Made by a program: the position numbers and the translations under genes
In this document: positions 39,297 to 48,925 of the stretch, piece after piece
Position numbering within the stretch: position 1 is the first letter of the stretch
Layout of the letters: each line of letters opens with the position of its first letter
The notes under the pieces: model-generated
Told to the model about the DNA's origin: nothing
The model's database searches: none
Seen by the model: only the letters and a program-made list of their open reading frames with translations
Source of the DNA: Gemmatimonadota bacterium
GTDB taxonomy: Bacteria > Gemmatimonadota > Gemmatimonadetes > Gemmatimonadales > GWC2-71-9
Direction of reading: 5' to 3'
DNA length: 64,000 bases
Assembly: GCA_040388535.1 (NCBI GenBank)
Contig: JAZKBR010000008.1
Span: 94,524-158,523 of the forward strand

Positions 39297-40123
39297 CCAG
39301 CGACGAGAGTGCGGCGATGATCGCGCGAGCCGCTGACGCGGTACGCGCGCGGCTCGCCGGCCGGCAGCCAAAGGTGGCGATCGTGCTCGGGTCAGGCCTC
39401 GGTGGTCTCGCCGATCAGGTCGAGGATCCGATCCGGATTGGCTACGCCGACATCCCCGGCTTCCACGTACCGACGGTCCAGGGGCACAAGGGAGAACTCG
39501 TGGTCGGCAAGCTCGGCGGCACCGAAGTGGTGATGCAGAGCGGCCGCTTCCATATGTATGAAGGACATCCGGCGCAGATCTCGGTGCTGCCGGTGCGGGT
39601 CTTTGCCACGCTCGGTGTCGAGACGCTGGTGGTGACGAACGCGGCAGGGGGGATTCGTCGCACCTTCACACCAGGCACGCTGATGCTCCTGTCGGATCAT
39701 ATCAACCTCACTGGTCGCAATCCGCTCGAAGGGCCGGTCTTGCCCGGCGAGACGCGCTTCCCGGACATGAGCGTCGCCTACGATGCCAAGCTGCGCGATG
39801 CTGCGCGTCGAATTGCAGCCGAGCAGGGAACGCGGCTCGAGGAAGGAGTGTACTGCGCGCTGCTGGGGCCGACCTACGAAACACCTGCCGAAGTCCGGAT
39901 GCTCGAGCGTCTCGGCGTCGATGCGGTCGGGATGAGCACCGCTCCCGAGACCATCATCGCACGTGCTCGCGGCATGCGGGTGCTCGGCTTCTCGCTGATC
40001 ACGAACGCGGCTGCCGGCACCACGTCGGCGCTGCTGAGTCACGCGGAAGTGATGGAGGTCGCCGGCGAAGCCGGCGGGCGACTAGCGCGACTTGTGGCGG
40101 GGATTGTCGCAGAACTGCGGTGA
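39293..40123 (+). CDS. punA: Purine-nucleoside phosphorylase (trimeric PNP-I type)
   Basis: IVLGSGLG, VQGHKG, GRFHMYEG, TNAAGG, GPTYETPAE, VGMST, LITN. Confidence 0.92.
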   Translation: MTSDESAAMIARAADAVRARLAGRQPKVAIVLGSGLGGLADQVEDPIRIGYADIPGFHVPTVQGHKGELVVGKLGGTEVVMQSGRFHMYEGHPAQISVLPVRVFATLGVETLVVTNAAGGIRRTFTPGTLMLLSDHINLTGRNPLEGPVLPGETRFPDMSVAYDAKLRDAARRIAAEQGTRLEEGVYCALLGPTYETPAEVRMLERLGVDAVGMSTAPETIIARARGMRVLGFSLITNAAAGTTSALLSHAEVMEVAGEAGGRLARLVAGIVAELR

Positions 40124-40125
40124 TA

Positions 40126-40263
40126 GCTGACAGATGACAGATGACGGATGACGGATGACGGATGACGGATGACGGATGACGGATGACGAAAGCCGGTTTT
40201 CGGATTCGCCATCCCGTATGTCCCATCGGTCATCTGTCATCTGTCATCTGTCATCCGTCATCT
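40126..40263. repeat. Inverted heptamer arrays: nine GATGAC(G/A)-type units and five reverse-complement units between convergent punA and thiD
   Basis: GCTGACA, GATGACA and (GATGACG)7 at 40126-40188; GTCATCT x3, GTCATCC and GTCATCT at 40229-40263. Confidence 0.95.
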
Positions 40264-41053
40264 CAACCCCATGCCAGACAGGGCCTTGACCTCTGCCGAG
40301 CCCCGGCGCCTCGCGGATTGCGCGCTGCAGATATTCGAGTGAGGCGCCGACGGCCTGATCGAGCGGCCTGCCGAGGGCGAGTGCGGCGGTGATTGCCGCG
40401 GAGAGGGTGCAACCGGTGCCGTGCGTGGCGCGGGTGATCACGCGCGAGCGGGCGAAGCGTTCGACGTATTCCGGCGTGACGAGGATGTCGACCAGAATGT
40501 CGCTGTCGAGGTGGCCGCCCTTCACCAGCGCCGCTTTGGCGCCGAGTTCGAGGAGGGCCTTCCCAGCGAGCGCCATTCCTTCCGGGTCACGCACTTCGAG
40601 CCCGGTGAGCATCTCGGCTTCATCGAGGTTCGGTGTCACGAGGGTCGCAAGCGGCAGGAGGTGATCTCGCACGGCGCTGACCGCATCGGCATCAAGCAGG
40701 CGATCGCCGGACGTCGCGACCATCACCGGATCGAGCACATAGTGCGGCCACGCGCGAGATGCGATTGTCTCCGCGACGAGCTCAACCAGCTCCCGCGTCG
40801 CGAGCATACCGGTCTTGAAGGCATCGGGCGGCAGGTCGTCGCCCACGGCCTGGAGCTGAGCGGTGATGACGTCGGCCGGGACGGGGTGAACCGCGTGGAC
40901 GCCGAGAGTATCTTGAGCGGTGATCGCCACGATGACCGAGGTGCCGTAGACCTCCCAGGCGGCGAAGGTCTTCAGGTCGGCCTGAATGCCGGCCCCACCA
41001 CCTGAATCCGATCCGGCGATCGTCAGCGCGATGCGTCGCGTTGTGTCCTTCAC
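40244..41053 (-). CDS. thiD: Hydroxymethylpyrimidine/phosphomethylpyrimidine kinase
   Basis: IAGSDSGGGAGIQADLKT, KTGML, LDPVM, TPNLDEA, THGTGCTLS. Confidence 0.93.
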   Translation of the reverse strand: MKDTTRRIALTIAGSDSGGGAGIQADLKTFAAWEVYGTSVIVAITAQDTLGVHAVHPVPADVITAQLQAVGDDLPPDAFKTGMLATRELVELVAETIASRAWPHYVLDPVMVATSGDRLLDADAVSAVRDHLLPLATLVTPNLDEAEMLTGLEVRDPEGMALAGKALLELGAKAALVKGGHLDSDILVDILVTPEYVERFARSRVITRATHGTGCTLSAAITAALALGRPLDQAVGASLEYLQRAIREAPGLGRGQGPVWHGVEMTDDR

Positions 41054-41068
41054 CCGACCTCCCAGCCG

Positions 41069-41827
41069 ATGGCACTACTCAGCACGATTCGTGATCTGCA
41101 CCGCCGCAAGGCGCGCGAACGGCGCGGACTTGCCCTCGCCGAAGGGGTCCGGCTGGTGGAAGAAATGCTTGCCGCCGGGGTGCCATGCAAGGGCGCGGCG
41201 GTAGCGCCCGCGCTGCTGGAGACACCACGCGGTGCCGCGCTCCGCGCCGAGCTGGAGCAGCGCGGGATTGCGGTAGAGGAGGTGAGCGAGAGCGACTTCG
41301 CGTCCCTCGCCGCGACCGAGCATCCGCAGGGAGTTGTGGCGGTCTATGCCCCGCGCGACTGGTCGCTCGACGACCTGCTGCCGACCCCTGGGCACCCGCT
41401 GGTGATTCTCGATGCTGTCCAGGATCCGGGAAACGTCGGCACCATCGCGCGCACGGCGCTGGCGTTTGGGGCCTCGGGGATGATCGCCCTGCCCGGCACG
41501 GCCGATCTCGAGAACCCCAAGACGCTGCGCAGTGCGATGGGCGCACTGTTCCGACTCCCTCACCTGCACGCCGATGATGTGGCCGTGCTGCACTGGCTCA
41601 CCAGCAATGGTGTGGCGCTCTGGGCCACGTCAATGGACGGCACGCCGATACTCTCTGGGGCACCGCCGCTCGCTGTTGCAATTCTCTTGGGGAACGAGGG
41701 GGCTGGGGTGCGCGATGATCTCCTGGCACGTGCCGATCGGCGCGTGGCCGTTCCGATCCAGCCGGTCGCCGAGTCGCTCAATGTGGCGGTCGCCGCTGGC
41801 ATCATTCTGCATCAGGTGACCCGATGA
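41069..41827 (+). CDS. TrmH/SpoU family RNA 2'-O-methyltransferase
   Basis: EGVRLV, HPQGVVA, DAVQDPGNVG, GNEGAG, ESLNVAVA. Confidence 0.9.
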   Translation: MALLSTIRDLHRRKARERRGLALAEGVRLVEEMLAAGVPCKGAAVAPALLETPRGAALRAELEQRGIAVEEVSESDFASLAATEHPQGVVAVYAPRDWSLDDLLPTPGHPLVILDAVQDPGNVGTIARTALAFGASGMIALPGTADLENPKTLRSAMGALFRLPHLHADDVAVLHWLTSNGVALWATSMDGTPILSGAPPLAVAILLGNEGAGVRDDLLARADRRVAVPIQPVAESLNVAVAAGIILHQVTR

Positions 41828-42630
41828 GCATCTGGGAAGGGACGCTGGTCTACATTCGCGAAGGCGGTTGGTATTTCTGGATGGCGGCCGGCATCGTCGG
41901 CCTGCTCTTCGGATCGTTCCTCAATGTCTGCATCGTGCGCTGGCCAGCGATGGAGTCGGTGGTGGCACCACGCTCGCGTTGTCCGCAGTGCGGCAACCTG
42001 ATCGCCTGGTACGACAACATCCCGGTGCTCTCGTGGCTGCTGCTCCGGGCGAAGTGCCGGTACTGCCAGCTGCCGATTCCCATTCGCTATCCACTGGTGG
42101 AACTCGCCGTCGGCGTGCTCTGGGGGCTCGCGGCTTGGCGCTACGGCCCGACCGTGGAATTTCTGCGGGCCGGGATTTTCGGCACCATCCTCGTCGGCAT
42201 CACGATGACGGACGCGCGCGAGTACATCATCCCCGATGAGTTCTCTATCGGCGGCACCGTCATCGGCATCCTCTTCGCCTTCCTGGGCGGGGCACTGCCC
42301 TGGCGCGAGGCGATCATCGGCGCAGTCATCGGCTTTGCGCTCCTCTGGGTCATCGCCTGGCTCGGCACGAAATTGCTGGGGCAGGATGCGATGGGCGGCG
42401 GCGACATCAAGATGATGGCGATGATCGGCGCGTTTCTCGGCTGGCAGGGCGTGCTGCTCACACTCTTCCTTGGCGCCCTCCTCGGCACGGTGATCTTTCT
42501 GCCGATGAAGCTCGCCGGTCGTGAGAAGCTGGTGCCGTTCGGCATCTTCCTGTCGATCGGGTCGGCCGCCTGCTGGATCGCGGGGCAGCCGTTGCTGCAG
42601 TGGTATCAGACGACGTTTCTGGGAGTATGA
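41824..42630 (+). CDS. pilD: Prepilin peptidase / N-methyltransferase (A24)
   Basis: GSFLNVCIVR, RSRCPQC...KCRYC Zn motif, TDAREYIIPD, MGGGDIKM, VPFG. Confidence 0.92.
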   Translation: MSIWEGTLVYIREGGWYFWMAAGIVGLLFGSFLNVCIVRWPAMESVVAPRSRCPQCGNLIAWYDNIPVLSWLLLRAKCRYCQLPIPIRYPLVELAVGVLWGLAAWRYGPTVEFLRAGIFGTILVGITMTDAREYIIPDEFSIGGTVIGILFAFLGGALPWREAIIGAVIGFALLWVIAWLGTKLLGQDAMGGGDIKMMAMIGAFLGWQGVLLTLFLGALLGTVIFLPMKLAGREKLVPFGIFLSIGSAACWIAGQPLLQWYQTTFLGV

Positions 42631-43844
42631 ACCGTATGTCGCGTGTCTCCTCGACGCTGGTGATGGTGGCACTCCTGGTCGCCTGTCGTGGCGAGCCACC
42701 TGCGGCCGCGCAGTCGCTCAATCAGCAGCAACTGACCGCGCTGGTCGATTCGCTGATGCCGGGCGTGGCCAAGGCTGCCGGGCTCCAGTTCAAGTCGACT
42801 CCTGCGGCCGTGGTGCGCTCGCGCGAGGAAGTGCGCAGCTATCTCCTTGCCAAGCTGCAGCAGGAGCTCCCTCCCGCACGCATCGAGGGGATCACTACCG
42901 CCTACCGTCTCCTCGGCCTGCTTCCCGACACGCTCGATGTGACGAAGCTCTTCATCGATCTCTATACCGAGCAGGTCGCCGGTTTCTATGATCCCGATTC
43001 CACCAAGCTCTTCGCGGTGGTAGGTGGTGATCGCGCGCAACTCCGACTTGTGCTCGCCCACGAACTCGTGCACGCGCTGCAGCATCAGTACACGCCGCTC
43101 GATTCCATCCTGAAAGACATTCACGATGCCGATCGCCTTGCTGCCGCGCAGGCGGTCTTCGAAGGGCAGGCCACGCTCGCATCGATGGTGGCGTTGCTGC
43201 CGGGGATGGACCTGATCGGCGACGACTCCTTCTGGGACACCTTCCGCGGCCAGTTGCAGACGCAACAGGCAGGGATGAAAGTCTTCAATACGGCCCCGCT
43301 GGTGATCCGCTCGGGGCTCACCTTTCCGTATCTGCAAGGGTCGGAGTTCCTGCGCTGGTTCCGTCGCAACCGCGCCGACCAGCAGCCCTTTGGCGACAAG
43401 CTGCCAGTGTCGACCGAACAGATTCTTCACCCCGACCGCTACGCCAAGGGCGACCTGCCCCTGACGGTGCGCTTCGCAGCGGACACGGCAGTACCGATCT
43501 ACGAAGACACCTTCGGTGAATTCGAGATTGCCGTACTGCGCTCGTCACTCGCGGGCATCAGCGAAGTGCCAACCGACCTCGCCGTGGGCTGGGGCGGCGA
43601 TCGTCTTCGCGTCTATCGCAACACGGGGGGCGCGGCGCTGGTCTGGGTCACCGTGTTCGATGAGCCGCGCAACGCCGAGCGCTTCCTGCAGCAGATCGGC
43701 AACAAGCTCGCGGTGCAGAAGCGTGCCGGCTACCGCACCACGGCCGAATCGCTGCAGGTCGGCGGCAAGAGTGCGGTGCGGGTGGTGGTGGCGCCGGAGG
43801 GGTGGGCGCGGTGGAAGGCGCTGCCGCAGGTGGAGGTGCGCTGA
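42627..43844 (+). CDS. Lipoprotein with zincin-like HExxH motif (Hvo_1808-like family)
   Basis: Lipobox LLVAC; QVAGFYDP, LAHELVHALQ, AVFEGQA, FPYLQG, STEQILHP, GWGGD. Confidence 0.65.
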   Translation: MNRMSRVSSTLVMVALLVACRGEPPAAAQSLNQQQLTALVDSLMPGVAKAAGLQFKSTPAAVVRSREEVRSYLLAKLQQELPPARIEGITTAYRLLGLLPDTLDVTKLFIDLYTEQVAGFYDPDSTKLFAVVGGDRAQLRLVLAHELVHALQHQYTPLDSILKDIHDADRLAAAQAVFEGQATLASMVALLPGMDLIGDDSFWDTFRGQLQTQQAGMKVFNTAPLVIRSGLTFPYLQGSEFLRWFRRNRADQQPFGDKLPVSTEQILHPDRYAKGDLPLTVRFAADTAVPIYEDTFGEFEIAVLRSSLAGISEVPTDLAVGWGGDRLRVYRNTGGAALVWVTVFDEPRNAERFLQQIGNKLAVQKRAGYRTTAESLQVGGKSAVRVVVAPEGWARWKALPQVEVR

Positions 43845-43846
43845 GC

Positions 43847-45304
43847 ATGTGGCCAAAACTCCGGCAGCTGTTGCGTCAACTTCGGCTAACCTTGGCCGAG
43901 CCGCCGTCGCCACGGCTCGCCGACGAAAACCAGTGGTACACCGAACACACTGCGCTCCTCGTCAGCACCCTCAAGTGGGCCATGCTGGGCGCCGGCGCCG
44001 GCGTTTGCGTCGGACTCGGTACCAGGGCGTTCCTCTGGTCGATTTCTGCCTCCGGGGCGTTCCTTGCGGGTCAGGTTGCTGGGCGGGTCCCGCTCTATTT
44101 CGCCCTCCCGCTCGCCCTGCCGCTCTGCGTCTGGCTGATCCGGACCTTCTCGCCAGAGGCACGAGGCCACGGGACCGAAGCCGTCATCGCGGCGATCCAT
44201 CAGCGCTCCGGACGGATCGACTGGCTCGTGGCTCCCGTCAAGCTCGTGGCGACCGTGATCACCCTGGCGTTCGGCGGATCGGTCGGCAAGGAAGGACCGG
44301 CGGCCCAGATCGGTGCGGCGATCACCAGCCTGTTCGCCGACCTGACCAGGCTGAATGATGCCGATCGGCGACGATTGGTCATCTGCGGGATCAGTGCCGG
44401 CTTCGCGGCCGTGTTCGGCACGCCGGTGTCCGGCGCGCTCTTTGGCATTGAAGTCCTCTACCTCGGCCGAATCGATTACACGGTGATTTTTCCGGCGCTG
44501 GTGGCCGGGATCGTGGGTCACCTGGTTTGCGGCGTCGCGCCGCCGTTCCCACTCCTCAACGGGGCGGTCGGCGATCACACCCAGATCCGGATGATCCTGA
44601 CCTCCCTCGCCTCGGGTGCCATCTTCGGCCTCGTGGCGCTGCTCCTGATCGAAACCCTGCGTGCAGTGGAACACCGCCTGCAGCGTTTCGCCAGCCATCC
44701 CTACCGGGTCGCGTTTGGTGGGGGATGCGCGCTTGTCCTGCTGTATTTCGCCGCCGGTGATCGCTTCGCCGGACTCGGCACCGAGACGATCGCTGGTGTC
44801 CTCAACGGAACGATCCCGGTCGGCAGCACGGACTTCCTGGTCAAGATTCTCGCGACGGCCATCACACTCGAGGTCGGGGGGAGTGGCGGCATCCTCACGC
44901 CGGTGTTCTTCATCGGGGTGACCAGCGGGGCCGCGCTCGCCCCCGTCTTCGGCGTCTCGGCAGCGTTGCTGGGCGCCTTCGGATTCATTGCGGTGCTCGC
45001 GGCCGCGGCGAACACGCCGCTCGCGGCGGCCGTCATGGCGATCGAGATCTTTCCGGCACCACTCGGTGTCCTCGCGGCACTCGCGGCGGCGACGGCGTAT
45101 CTGATGGTCGGGCATCGGAGCGTGTACGCATCGCAGAAGCTGGGCTTCTCGAAGTCTGCGGGACTCGACATGGCCCTCGGCGGCGATATCGGGGAGTTCA
45201 ATCGCGCCGCGATCAAGGTGCGCCCCGGCTCATTCACGGCCCGGCTGCATAATCTCGGACGGCCTCGCCCGCGGGACGACGCCGATTCCGGAGCCGATTC
45301 GTAG
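43847..45304 (+). CDS. ClC chloride channel/transporter family protein, no CBS domain
   Basis: GHGTE, GGSVGKEGP, GISAGFAAVFGTP, GSGGILTP, AANTPLA. Confidence 0.88.
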   Translation: MWPKLRQLLRQLRLTLAEPPSPRLADENQWYTEHTALLVSTLKWAMLGAGAGVCVGLGTRAFLWSISASGAFLAGQVAGRVPLYFALPLALPLCVWLIRTFSPEARGHGTEAVIAAIHQRSGRIDWLVAPVKLVATVITLAFGGSVGKEGPAAQIGAAITSLFADLTRLNDADRRRLVICGISAGFAAVFGTPVSGALFGIEVLYLGRIDYTVIFPALVAGIVGHLVCGVAPPFPLLNGAVGDHTQIRMILTSLASGAIFGLVALLLIETLRAVEHRLQRFASHPYRVAFGGGCALVLLYFAAGDRFAGLGTETIAGVLNGTIPVGSTDFLVKILATAITLEVGGSGGILTPVFFIGVTSGAALAPVFGVSAALLGAFGFIAVLAAAANTPLAAAVMAIEIFPAPLGVLAALAAATAYLMVGHRSVYASQKLGFSKSAGLDMALGGDIGEFNRAAIKVRPGSFTARLHNLGRPRPRDDADSGADS

Positions 45305-45363
45305 TGCCATCGCCTTGCCGTCCGCTGGGCCGCATCATTGACGCGTCCCAGGGAGGCCGATGA

Positions 45364-46542
45364 ATGCCGCAGGATCTCGCGAACGCGACACCGGAACTCG
45401 CCTACGTCGTCCTGCTGTTCGCACTCTTTGTCGTCCCGAGGGTGCTGCAGCGGTGGCGGTTGCCGTCGGCGATCACCAGCTTCGTGCTCGGCGGCGTCGC
45501 GGGGATCGGCTTTGGCCTCTTCAGCCACGATCCCACCATCCATCTGCTGTCGACCTTCGGCATCGTCTCGCTCTTTCTCTTTGCCGGTCTCGAGGTCGAT
45601 GGCTTCGGTTCCGCGTTGCGGATCCGCTACCTGCTGCTCCATCTCGCGATCCGCGTGGTGACCCTGGCTGGGGCGACGGTAGTGCTCGCGCGGCTCTTCA
45701 TCCTCGATCTGCGGCCAGCGTCGTTGCTCGCGCTGGCATTACTGACGCCATCGGCCGGCTTCATTCTCGATGCGATGAACGGCTTCGGACTCACCCCGGA
45801 AGAAACGGCGTGGATCCGCAGCAAGGCGATCGCCTCCGAGTTGCTGGCATTGCTCGGGCTGTTCGTGGTGCTGCAGTCCACGACCGCAGAGCGATTCGCC
45901 ACTTCGACGCTCCTGCTGGCCGGAATCGTGGTCGTCCTGCCGCCGGTGTTCCGGCTCTTCGCCACCCGAATCGCGCCATACGCTCCGAAATCGGAGTTCG
46001 CCTTCCTGCTGATGATGGCGCTCGTGGCCGCCTACGCGACCCGGCGGCTGGGCGTCTACTACCTGGTCGGCGCCTTCCTCGTCGGCGTGGCGGCACGACG
46101 TTTCCGGCAGTCCCTGCCAGCGATTGCCTCCGACCGGATGTTGCACGCCGTCGAGGTGTTCGCGTCGTTCTTTGCCCCGTTCTATTTCTTCCGTGCCGGG
46201 TCCGAGTTGACCCGCGAGGACCTGTCGTGGCCCGCCGTCTGGCTGGGACTGGCTTTCGTGGGCGTCATGGTACCGCTGCGGATCGTCGCGCTGGCGCTGC
46301 TGCGCCGGGTGACCTTGGGGGAATCGATTCGGGTCTCTCTGCGCATCGCCGTCCCGATGCTGCCGACGCTGGTCTTCACCCTGGTCCTCGCCGGTATTCT
46401 GCGCGACCGTTTCGGCATCGGTGACCCATTGTTTGGCGCGCTCGTCGTCTACGCCCTGCTGACGACGCTGATTCCCGGGTTCGTGTTCAACGCGCCGACA
46501 CCGGAATACAGCGAGCCGGCGCTGCCGGAGAGCGCCGGTTGA
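45364..46542 (+). CDS. Cation:proton antiporter (CPA2-like)
   Basis: About 12 TM segments; FGIVSLFLFAGLE, LVGAFLVG, FFAPFYFF; GGAGG SD. Confidence 0.75.
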   Translation: MPQDLANATPELAYVVLLFALFVVPRVLQRWRLPSAITSFVLGGVAGIGFGLFSHDPTIHLLSTFGIVSLFLFAGLEVDGFGSALRIRYLLLHLAIRVVTLAGATVVLARLFILDLRPASLLALALLTPSAGFILDAMNGFGLTPEETAWIRSKAIASELLALLGLFVVLQSTTAERFATSTLLLAGIVVVLPPVFRLFATRIAPYAPKSEFAFLLMMALVAAYATRRLGVYYLVGAFLVGVAARRFRQSLPAIASDRMLHAVEVFASFFAPFYFFRAGSELTREDLSWPAVWLGLAFVGVMVPLRIVALALLRRVTLGESIRVSLRIAVPMLPTLVFTLVLAGILRDRFGIGDPLFGALVVYALLTTLIPGFVFNAPTPEYSEPALPESAG

Positions 46543-46919
46543 ACGGTACGCTGCTAGTAGTGTTGCTAGGCGTGAGCGCACCCTGCGCCGCCCAGGCTGC
46601 GCACTCCGGTTTGCCTGCCTCAGCGCCGGTACGTCGCATTCGAGTGGCCCCGTCGCCACTCCTTTCCCGCGTCGTCGATCGCGATCCACTCCGAACCGCT
46701 CCTGCCGATGGGCAACCGCTTGGCGTGGCGACGGGGAAGGTGAGCAGGCAAGGCCGCGACGCATTGATCGGCGCGGGAGTTGGGCTGGTCGCGGGATTTA
46801 TCGTTGGCAAACAGGTTTTCGATGGTCAAGATCGCGAGCCGAACAGCAAGTTGATTGCGCTCAGCTCAGTCGTTGGGGCGCTGCTCGGCATGGCCATCGG
46901 GGCATCGGTCACACATTAA
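46539..46919 (+). CDS. Small hypothetical secreted/membrane protein with Gly-zipper-like segments
   Basis: 126-aa ORF with signal-like N-terminus and GAGVGLVAG / GALLGMAIG; TTG start overlaps the upstream stop. Confidence 0.45.
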   Translation: MNGTLLVVLLGVSAPCAAQAAHSGLPASAPVRRIRVAPSPLLSRVVDRDPLRTAPADGQPLGVATGKVSRQGRDALIGAGVGLVAGFIVGKQVFDGQDREPNSKLIALSSVVGALLGMAIGASVTH

Positions 46920-47595
46920 CATCGGCCGTAGCGTCGAGCGGAATCCCCGCCTCGTCGCAGAGCTTCCCATACGTCAGCCCCGCCACGATGTCATAGCTCG
47001 CGTGAATCACCATCGCGAGCAAGATCCCACCGGCCCAGTAGACGTAGCCCTGAATCGCGAATGACGCGAGACCGATGATCACTGCGGCGCGCAGGCCCTG
47101 CACGATATGGGCGGCGCCAAACGCCACCGATGTCACCAGCGCCGCCGTCCACCAGTCATCGCTCAGCCACCAGATGATGCCCGCCACCACGCCACGCCAG
47201 ACGAACTCCTCGCAGACACCGGCCGCCACCGACACGGCGATCCACCACGCGCTCTCCCGGCCATTGCGCGGCGCGATGAAGAGCGTCCGCGCATCCTGAC
47301 GCTTCACGGCCGCACGCCACCGCGGCTGCATCAGCTTTACAAAGACGATGACGGCGAGGATGGCCACGGCGATCAGCGGGAGATCGACGCGACCGAGCGA
47401 GACGCGCACGTGATCGGCGTAGACGGCAAGTCCCGCAAGTGCCGCAAACAGCACCTGCTGGGTCACCACTTTCCTGAAGTAGACCTCGCGCGGGAGTGCC
47501 ACGAGCTGAGGGATTCTCGCCCGGGTCTTCCAGGCGCCATACGGAATCAGCAGCAGGAAGAAGAAGAGCACTCCCAGCGAGGCGATCCCGGGCAT
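46909..47595 (-). CDS. CPBP (CAAX/Abi) intramembrane metalloprotease
   Basis: CEEFVWRG, FGAAH and IHASYD motifs. Confidence 0.85.
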   Translation of the reverse strand: MPGIASLGVLFFFLLLIPYGAWKTRARIPQLVALPREVYFRKVVTQQVLFAALAGLAVYADHVRVSLGRVDLPLIAVAILAVIVFVKLMQPRWRAAVKRQDARTLFIAPRNGRESAWWIAVSVAAGVCEEFVWRGVVAGIIWWLSDDWWTAALVTSVAFGAAHIVQGLRAAVIIGLASFAIQGYVYWAGGILLAMVIHASYDIVAGLTYGKLCDEAGIPLDATADVNV

Positions 47596-47596
47596 C

Positions 47597-48859
47597 TCAG
47601 AGGAACTGCGACAGCGTGTAGATGATCAATCCGGCGAGGCCACCGACCAGCGTACCGTTGAGTCGTACGAACTGCAGGTCGCGCCCCACGGCGAGTTCAA
47701 TGCGTCCCGCCGCGACTTCGGGGTCCCAGTCCGCCACGGTGGCTGCAATGAGGTCGGCCACTTCCTGCCGATGCTGTTCAAGCAACGACGTCACCACGTC
47801 GGTGAGGAAGCGATCGACCTCGCCCCGCAGTTCGTCGCTGGTCGCGAGTGAATCGCCGAGACCTGCGAGGACTTCTTCGAGCGGGAGGAGTGACGCCTGT
47901 TCGGGATTGGAGCGATAGAGCGCAGCCGCGCGACGCGCCCGGTCCCAGACCGACGAGACCAGGTCTTCGACAATGGGGTGCCCGAGCAGCTCCTGCTTGA
48001 GCTTCTCCATCTTCGCGAGCATCTCCGGCGAGTTCTTGAGCCGGTTGATGAACTCCGCCACGGCACTATCGAAGCGACGGCGAATCGGATGATTCGGGTC
48101 GGCCGACATCTCGGCGAGCACGCGATCAATGCCGCCCGCGATCTTCTCGGCGACGGCATCGCGCACACCCAGCGGCAGCCAGCGCGGACTCTCGGCCCGG
48201 ACCTTCTCGCGGATGGCGTCGTGGCCTTCCTTGAGCGCGCCGGTGATCAGCTTGATGACCTCGTTGAGCAGCTCCTGCGGCCGGCCATCGGATGCCGCCA
48301 CCGTGAGGACGTCGCCCACGAGCGGGGCGAGCTGAACCGACTCGAGCCGATTGGTCGCGCTCTTCTGCATGAACTCGCGGACTTCCGCGTCTGGGAGGGC
48401 TTCAACGGCCCGGGCGAGCCCACCCGCGAGCTGGCGGGCCAGGCGGGTCCGGTTCTGCTCCTCGCTCATCCACTTGGCGGCCCGGGCGGCGGGGTGGACC
48501 CCGGCCAGCCGCTGCTCGAGGACCGAGCGGGAGAGGAAGTGGTTCTGGACGAAGTTCCCCAGGATCCGGCCCACCCGGTCCTTCTGCTTCTGCATGATGG
48601 CGGTGTGGGGGATCGGGATGCCGAGGGGGTGGCGGAAGAGCGCGGTGACGGCGAACCAGTCGGCGAGGCCGCCGACCAGGGCGGCTTCGGCGGTGGCCCG
48701 GACGTAGGCGAGCCAAGGGTGGGACGGCTCGAGGATCCGGGCGACCACGAAGACAACGAGGAAGAAGACCAGGAGGGCGGAGGCCCAGAACTTCATTCGC
48801 CGGAGGGCGGCGCGGCGGCTCGTTTCGTCCTGCAACGGCGGAAGTTGGGTCTGGGCCAT
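47597..48859 (-). CDS. DUF445 family membrane protein
   Basis: AEAALVGGLADWFAVTALFRHP, IPHTAI, DLQFVRLNGTLVGG. Confidence 0.88.
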   Translation of the reverse strand: MAQTQLPPLQDETSRRAALRRMKFWASALLVFFLVVFVVARILEPSHPWLAYVRATAEAALVGGLADWFAVTALFRHPLGIPIPHTAIMQKQKDRVGRILGNFVQNHFLSRSVLEQRLAGVHPAARAAKWMSEEQNRTRLARQLAGGLARAVEALPDAEVREFMQKSATNRLESVQLAPLVGDVLTVAASDGRPQELLNEVIKLITGALKEGHDAIREKVRAESPRWLPLGVRDAVAEKIAGGIDRVLAEMSADPNHPIRRRFDSAVAEFINRLKNSPEMLAKMEKLKQELLGHPIVEDLVSSVWDRARRAAALYRSNPEQASLLPLEEVLAGLGDSLATSDELRGEVDRFLTDVVTSLLEQHRQEVADLIAATVADWDPEVAAGRIELAVGRDLQFVRLNGTLVGGLAGLIIYTLSQFL

Positions 48860-48925
48860 GGCCGAAAAGTAAGGGGGCCACCCCCGGCTGGTCCTAAAGC
48901 CACCCCTGGCTTACCTTTGAGGGCT

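Noticed and set aside
41054-41068. TPP riboswitch upstream of thiD
   Set aside because: Only 15 bp separate thiD from the divergent trmH start; no CTGAGA aptamer core seen
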